From assembly GCA_902619045.1 (NCBI GenBank), contig CACNCX010000001.1, forward strand, positions 592 to 64,591: 64,000 nt of DNA, read 5' to 3'. Numbering within the stretch: the stretch's first letter is position 1; each line of letters begins with the position of its first letter. Made by a program: the position numbers and the translations under genes. Below, one piece after another: positions 59,041-64,000 of this stretch. This DNA comes from an uncultured Alphaproteobacteria bacterium (GTDB lineage: Bacteria; Pseudomonadota; Alphaproteobacteria; HIMB59; GCA-002718135). The notes below the pieces were generated by a model, which worked only from the letters and a program-made list of their open reading frames with translations, searched no databases and had not been told where the DNA came from.

Positions 59041-59059
59041 ATTACGGCCCTTTAAAATA
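59041..59059 (-). terminator. Rho-independent terminator after the binding-protein gene
   Basis: Minus strand GGCCGUAA-UUU-UUACGGCC followed by U9. It lies 16 nt after the stop at 59075. Confidence 0.85.
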
Positions 59060-59074
59060 ATTTTTAGCTTTGAC

Positions 59075-59992
59075 TTACATAAAGTCTGCAGCGTTTTCTT
59101 TAGTAACTAATACAGTTCCAGTATCAATGTTATCTGGAATGCTTTCACCATTAGCTAATTTAAGTGCATTTTCTACACCCATGTATCCCATGTTGTATGA
59201 GAATTGAGCAATAGTAGCTGACATTTCACCAGCCATTACACTTGCAGCAGCATCAGGGTTAGCATCAAATCCAACAACGACAACGTCATCTAGCATATCA
59301 GCATTTTTTAATGCCTGAATAGCACCTAGACCCATATTGTCATTAGAAGCAAAGATTGCTTTTAGATTTGGGTTACCAGTGATGATATCTTCTGTTACTG
59401 ACATACCTTGTGCAGTATCCCAGTTAGCTGGAAGTTCAGCAACAATGTTCATGCCACATGCTTCAAGACCTTTGTGTGATCCTTCAGCTCTGTGTTGACC
59501 AGTAGTTTGCGTGATCATTCCTTGAAGGATTGCAACATCAGAACCACTTGGAACATTATCACAAATGTATTGAGCAGCTAAGGCAGCACCATTGATATTG
59601 TTTGTACCAATGAAAGTTACACCTTCATTAATTCCATTAGTATCAATGTATACAACTGGAACACCTGAAGCCATTGCATCATCAAGAATTGGTGCAACTG
59701 CGTTAGGGTCAGTTGGTGCAATCGCAATACCGTCTACACCTTTAGCAATTTGGTCTTCAATTTGCGCTACCTGAGCCATAACATCACTCTCTTGCGGTGG
59801 TGAAAGGATAATTAGGTTTACACCTAATTCTTCAGCAGCATCTTTTGCACCAGCTTCAACTGAAGCCCAAAATGGATTTCCAGCACCTGGTCCTTTTGTA
59901 CTTAGCATTATTGTTTTAGCATGCGATCCTGCAAGAAGACTGCCTGAAAAAAACAATAAAGAAGTAGTAATTATAGAAATAAAAAATTTCAT
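59075..59992 (-). CDS. Periplasmic sugar-binding protein (RbsB/CUT2 type)
   Basis: Signal peptide ...SGSLLAGSHA, 305 aa, SD AGGAGGAAAA. Last gene of its operon. Confidence 0.9.
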   Translation of the reverse strand: MKFFISIITTSLLFFSGSLLAGSHAKTIMLSTKGPGAGNPFWASVEAGAKDAAEELGVNLIILSPPQESDVMAQVAQIEDQIAKGVDGIAIAPTDPNAVAPILDDAMASGVPVVYIDTNGINEGVTFIGTNNINGAALAAQYICDNVPSGSDVAILQGMITQTTGQHRAEGSHKGLEACGMNIVAELPANWDTAQGMSVTEDIITGNPNLKAIFASNDNMGLGAIQALKNADMLDDVVVVGFDANPDAAASVMAGEMSATIAQFSYNMGYMGVENALKLANGESIPDNIDTGTVLVTKENAADFM

Positions 59993-60081
59993 TTTTCCTC
60001 CTAAAATTTTTTTTTAACCATTAATGAAAAATGAAATTCTAATCAAGTGACTGTTTGTCAGAAAATGATTATTTTTTGATA

Positions 60082-61089
60082 TTATGTTCTGGTTGCAAGT
60101 TGTCTTCTTAGAACATCAATATAAACAGCCAAAATAATAATTGACCCAATAAGAACTTGTTGCCAGAAAACACTGACATTCATTAAATTTAGACCATTTC
60201 GGAGTATACCCATAATCATGACTCCAGCGAATACACCTAAAACGGTTCCTCTTCCCCCAAAGAAGCTTGCTCCACCTATAATTACTGCTGCAATCGCATC
60301 TAGCTCAGATTGTAAACCAGCATTTGGATAAGCGGAATTCGTTCTTCCAGCTAAAATTAAACCTCCGATGCCCGCCAAGAAACCACAAAGTGTGTAAACG
60401 ACGATCAAAATTCGATCAACGTTAATACCTGCTGCCCTTGCTGCTCCTGGGTTACCTCCAATTGCATAAATCCATTTACCTATTCGTGTATGATTTAAAA
60501 ATATCCAAAAGATAAAAAATATTACAATCATTAAAATTAAACTTGTGGGTATGTACTCTCTTGCGCCTTCTCCAAAAATTACATCCAGTTTAATTTTACC
60601 ATTTCCTATAACTCTAATCTGTTCAGCAAAACCTGTTATTGGAACACCGCCGGATATAAGATTTCCAATACCTCTAAATATATAAAGCGTCCCTAGTGTC
60701 ATTATGAATGGATGAGGCATTCGAAGTAAGGTAATTCCAATACCATTAAACATGCCACACAAAAATCCAATTGTTGGCGCAACTAACATGACGACGTACC
60801 ACGGCATTCCTGCCTTCGAAGCAATAGCGAGTCCCATTAATGATAACATAATAATTGAACCAACTGATAGATCTATACCTGCGGTTACAATGACCATAAA
60901 AACACCAAGTGCTAACATAGACTGCCAAGAAACTTGTTTAAAAATGTTTGTTACATTTCTCCATGATAAAAACACATCAGGTTGCAACAAATGCAGGACA
61001 GCAATCATTATTAGGATAAGTAATAAGATCCCATATCTTTCAAAAAAAGGAATAAGTCTGACAAATAAAGATTCTTGATTCTTATCCAT
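60082..61089 (-). CDS. CUT2-type sugar ABC transporter permease
   Basis: RbsC-like polytopic protein. Start moved to the ATG at 61089 (MDKNQESLF), which overlaps the ATPase stop as TAATG. Confidence 0.9.
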   Translation of the reverse strand: MDKNQESLFVRLIPFFERYGILLLILIMIAVLHLLQPDVFLSWRNVTNIFKQVSWQSMLALGVFMVIVTAGIDLSVGSIIMLSLMGLAIASKAGMPWYVVMLVAPTIGFLCGMFNGIGITLLRMPHPFIMTLGTLYIFRGIGNLISGGVPITGFAEQIRVIGNGKIKLDVIFGEGAREYIPTSLILMIVIFFIFWIFLNHTRIGKWIYAIGGNPGAARAAGINVDRILIVVYTLCGFLAGIGGLILAGRTNSAYPNAGLQSELDAIAAVIIGGASFFGGRGTVLGVFAGVMIMGILRNGLNLMNVSVFWQQVLIGSIIILAVYIDVLRRQLATRT

Positions 61090-61835
61090 TAATCTTTTTT
61101 CCCCATGATCCATCCAATCACTTCGTCTCTTGAAGTATTTTTTAATTCTGACTCAGCAAAGTTTGTTCCTTGAAAAAGTGCCATGACTCGATCACAAACA
61201 GTAAAAATATCATCCATTCGATGGCTAATTACTATTACACTAACACCTAACTTTTTAAGATTTAAAATTAAATCTAAAACTTTCCCCACTTCCTTAACAG
61301 CAAGTGCAGCTGTTGGTTCATCCATCAATACAATTTTTGCATTAAAAGCTGTAGCTCTAGCAATCGCAACAGCTTGTCTTTGTCCACCTGATAATTCTTC
61401 AACCTTTTGATCAGCACTCTTTACGTTAATTTTTAGTTTTGCAAGATGCTCTTCAGTTAACTGTTTTCTTTTTTTATGATCTAAAAAATTGAAAGGGCCA
61501 ACTTTTCTTGTTGGCTCTCTTCCTAAAAAAATATTATCACCAATGGGGAGATTCCCAGCTAGTGCTAAATCTTGATAGACCATTTCTAAGCCCAAATTTT
61601 GAGAGTCTCTGGGACTATTTAAAGTTACTTTTTCTTTATCAAAAAAAAGAGATCCTTCACTTGGCTTATATAATCCTGATAAAACTTTCATTAATGTAGA
61701 CTTTCCAGCACCGTTATCGCCGACGACACCAAGAACCTCACCTTTATTTAAATGAAGATCTACATTTTGAAGTGCTGTAATAGTACCAAAAAATTTTGAA
61801 ACTGATTTAGCTTCCAGTACTAAGTTATCTGACAT
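61089..61835 (-). CDS. ABC transporter ATP-binding protein (single NBD)
   Basis: Walker A GDNGAGKST, LSGGQRQ, Walker B VLMDEP. 248 aa. Confidence 0.9.
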   Translation of the reverse strand: MSDNLVLEAKSVSKFFGTITALQNVDLHLNKGEVLGVVGDNGAGKSTLMKVLSGLYKPSEGSLFFDKEKVTLNSPRDSQNLGLEMVYQDLALAGNLPIGDNIFLGREPTRKVGPFNFLDHKKRKQLTEEHLAKLKINVKSADQKVEELSGGQRQAVAIARATAFNAKIVLMDEPTAALAVKEVGKVLDLILNLKKLGVSVIVISHRMDDIFTVCDRVMALFQGTNFAESELKNTSRDEVIGWIMGKKD

Positions 61836-61856
61836 AAGTGTGTTTTTAAATAAATT

Positions 61857-62885
61857 TTAATTAATATCAACTGGTTTTGAGCGTAAATATTTAACAGTTT
61901 CTCTTTCAGCTTTTTTGCATAATTTAGGAGGCAGGCCTTTTGAAATAAGTTTTAAATCTTGAATTACTAATTCACCCATCTCTTTAAATGCGCTGTCTAA
62001 TGCGCCGGCTCTGTGTGGAGAAAAAATTACATTTTTGAGTTTTCTTAATTTATGATTTTTAGGAAATGGTTCTTGTGGAAAAACATCAATGGCAGCAAAC
62101 ACATTTCTATTTTTTAAAAAATTAAAAAAATCATCAAAATTTATTATGGCCGCTCTACTCATTAAGACAAACACTGATCCATCTTTTATTAATTTAAGTT
62201 TAGAAGTATTAATCATAGCTTCATTAGAGGAAGTAATGGAAGCTAATATATAAATGATGTCAGCATTTTTGAGTAACGAATTTAAACTAGTAGGCTTAAC
62301 ATCAAATTTTTCGATTTCTTTATTGGGAATCCAAGGATCATAGGCAATAATTTTATTAGAGAATGCTTTGATTATAGGAGTAAGTGATTTAGCTAAATCA
62401 CCAAATCCAATTAAACCAAATGTTTTATTTTTTATTAAAAAATTATTCTGACTTATTGCGCCACCATATTTTTCTTTTTTTGAAATAAAGTCTGAGTGAG
62501 CAATATGAATACTTCTAGCTATAGATAAAGTAAGACCCATTGCCATTTCAGCAACAGGTTGAGCAAACACAGGCGATGTTGCTAAAACATGTATTCCTTT
62601 TCTAAAACAATAATCGTAATCCATATTGTCCATAAAATTGCTTTCTACATTAAAAATTGCTTTAAGTTTTGTGGATTTAGAAATTAAGGATGAAGGTAAA
62701 TTGGGCTGCCCAAAGATATAATCTGCCTTTGGTAAATTTTTTTCATAAAAATTATTTTTATTTTTATTTGGGGCAGTAATAAGTTTAAAATTTTTTTTTA
62801 AGTATTTTAAATTTTCTTTAGAAAAAAGTAGGTCCATTGTTCTTGGATATGGATCTAATAAAATTATAGGCTTGTTTTGACTCAT
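61857..62885 (-). CDS. D-isomer-specific 2-hydroxyacid dehydrogenase family protein
   Basis: NAD-binding block FGLIGFGDLA. The C-terminal catalytic region contains SRAAII, DVFPQEP and SPHRAG. Confidence 0.75.
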   Translation of the reverse strand: MSQNKPIILLDPYPRTMDLLFSKENLKYLKKNFKLITAPNKNKNNFYEKNLPKADYIFGQPNLPSSLISKSTKLKAIFNVESNFMDNMDYDYCFRKGIHVLATSPVFAQPVAEMAMGLTLSIARSIHIAHSDFISKKEKYGGAISQNNFLIKNKTFGLIGFGDLAKSLTPIIKAFSNKIIAYDPWIPNKEIEKFDVKPTSLNSLLKNADIIYILASITSSNEAMINTSKLKLIKDGSVFVLMSRAAIINFDDFFNFLKNRNVFAAIDVFPQEPFPKNHKLRKLKNVIFSPHRAGALDSAFKEMGELVIQDLKLISKGLPPKLCKKAERETVKYLRSKPVDIN

Positions 62886-62919
62886 ACAATTTTTAAATTT
62901 TAGAAAAAGAAATTTATTT

Positions 62920-64000
62920 TTATACGCCCTTACGTTGTTTATTTTTTCCTTCTAAAAATTCATTAAGAGCTGATTTCTTACCTTCAGTGTTATCTACTTC
63001 AAGTGTTGGGCTTTCCCAGAAAGCTGTCCCCTCTAACCATTCATACCCATCTGTTTTCATAGAAATAACATATGTTTTGTCTGATTCTTTTGCTCTTTTG
63101 AAAGCGGCCTCTAATTCTGAAATAGATTTAACAGTCTCACCATTTGCACCCATACTTTTTGCGTGAGCTTCAAAATCTACAAACTGTACATTTGTCGCTC
63201 TTGCAGCATTGAGATTGCAAAGATATTCATTCCCACCTTTTGCCAATTGCAATCTATTAATAACCATATGACCACCATTATCACAAACAACTATAATTAA
63301 TTTTTTATCATATAAAACTGAACTGTAGATATCGCTATTTTGTAAGAGGTATGAACCATCACCTACAAATACAATTACATCTTGTTCAGGTTTTGCCATT
63401 TTGATTCCAAGTGCACCTGATATTTCATAACTCATGCAACTAAAACCCCATTCAGTTTCAAAAGTATTCAGTTCTTTAGGTTTCCATATTTGAACCACTT
63501 CTCCAACTAACCCTCCAGCTGCAGTGACCACAATATCTGATGGGTCTGAGTTTCTATAAACTGCTCCTACAGCATGAGCATAGGATGGTAATTCTTGATT
63601 TGTTGGTCCGCTTTCTTTGGCAACATATTCATCCCATTTATTTCTTTCCTCAATTGAACGCTGGTACCAATTATCTGGTGCTTTCCAATCTCCTAATGCT
63701 TTTGATAATTCTTGAAGTCCAATTTTTGCATCGCTTACAACAGGAGTAGCACGATGTTTTGTAGTGTCAAATCGTGAAGTATTTATTGATACAAGTTGAA
63801 AATTTTCATTTTCAAAATTAGTCCAAGAGCCAGTTGTAAAGTCTCCTAACTTTGTTCCCACAGCTAGTGCTAAATCTGTATCAGTAGCAAGGTTATTAGA
63901 TGAGCCTTCTCCTAAGCAACCAATTGCACTTATATAATAGGGATCATCTTTATTCATACAACCAATACCCATCACAGTTGCTGTTACAGGAATATTATGT
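62920..64000 (-). CDS. iolD: Thiamine-diphosphate enzyme, IolD-like (3D-(3,5/4)-trihydroxycyclohexane-1,2-dione acylhydrolase), C-terminal part; the gene continues past the right edge
   Basis: ThDP motif GDGSYLLQNSDIYSSVLYDKKLIIVVCDNGG. The frame stays open upstream of the track's GVG start to position 64000 (...HNIPVTATVMGIGCM). The IolD assignment is from remembered similarity and is not verified. Confidence 0.7.
   Translation of the reverse strand, partial: HNIPVTATVMGIGCMNKDDPYYISAIGCLGEGSSNNLATDTDLALAVGTKLGDFTTGSWTNFENENFQLVSINTSRFDTTKHRATPVVSDAKIGLQELSKALGDWKAPDNWYQRSIEERNKWDEYVAKESGPTNQELPSYAHAVGAVYRNSDPSDIVVTAAGGLVGEVVQIWKPKELNTFETEWGFSCMSYEISGALGIKMAKPEQDVIVFVGDGSYLLQNSDIYSSVLYDKKLIIVVCDNGGHMVINRLQLAKGGNEYLCNLNAARATNVQFVDFEAHAKSMGANGETVKSISELEAAFKRAKESDKTYVISMKTDGYEWLEGTAFWESPTLEVDNTEGKKSALNEFLEGKNKQRKGV

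Noticed and set aside
50981-59992. Higher GC (about 40% versus 25-30%) of the three binding-protein genes, considered as evidence of horizontal transfer
   Set aside because: The shift is confined to the SBP genes in operons whose permease, ATPase and enzyme genes have background composition. The Ala/Gly-rich periplasmic protein composition and probable high expression explain it better. GC was estimated by eye from a few lines only.

Overview
This is an AT-rich, very compact chromosomal segment. GC is about 25-30% in most genes and about 40% in the periplasmic binding-protein genes (estimated by eye from a few lines, not computed). Nearly all of it is coding, and many start/stop codons overlap (ATGA, TAATG). 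Gene content and order look like a streamlined marine alphaproteobacterium of SAR11/Pelagibacterales type; that assignment is inferred, not verified. No rRNA, tRNA, CRISPR, transposase or integrase was found. The window has three parts. (1) 0.3-4 kb holds two tandem ammonium-transporter paralogs. Each is preceded on the minus strand by a pair of glutamine-riboswitch (glnA RNA)-like aptamers and a conserved downstream leader. A small winged-helix-like gene lies between the paralogs, and there is no glnK. (2) 4-34 kb is housekeeping: ogt, M16 peptidase, thrC, M32 carboxypeptidase, the ctaC-D-B-(35-aa ORF)-G-E-SURF1 cytochrome oxidase cluster, rsmE, ubiA, msbA-DUF374-waaA-lpxK-lpxL, xseA, tadA, rsmD, pgi, lspA, ileS and ribF. 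(3) 34-64 kb is a carbohydrate-uptake and catabolism island with no regulator gene. It carries four ABC importers (two CUT1-like without ATPase genes, two CUT2-like), xylA, a ThuA/ThuB-like pair, three Gfo/Idh/MocA oxidoreductases, two PhyH-family dioxygenases, a membrane desaturase-like protein, gloA and a partial iolD. It also carries five Cys-type sulfatases that lack signal peptides. Four of them sit in one roughly 10.5-kb operon behind a Tat-signal binding protein, and that operon ends in a sulfatase / 92-aa unknown / PhyH trio with abutting stops and starts. The most interesting candidates are the riboswitch-controlled amt module and the cytoplasmic sulfatase operon, which has no maturase or glycoside hydrolase gene in view.
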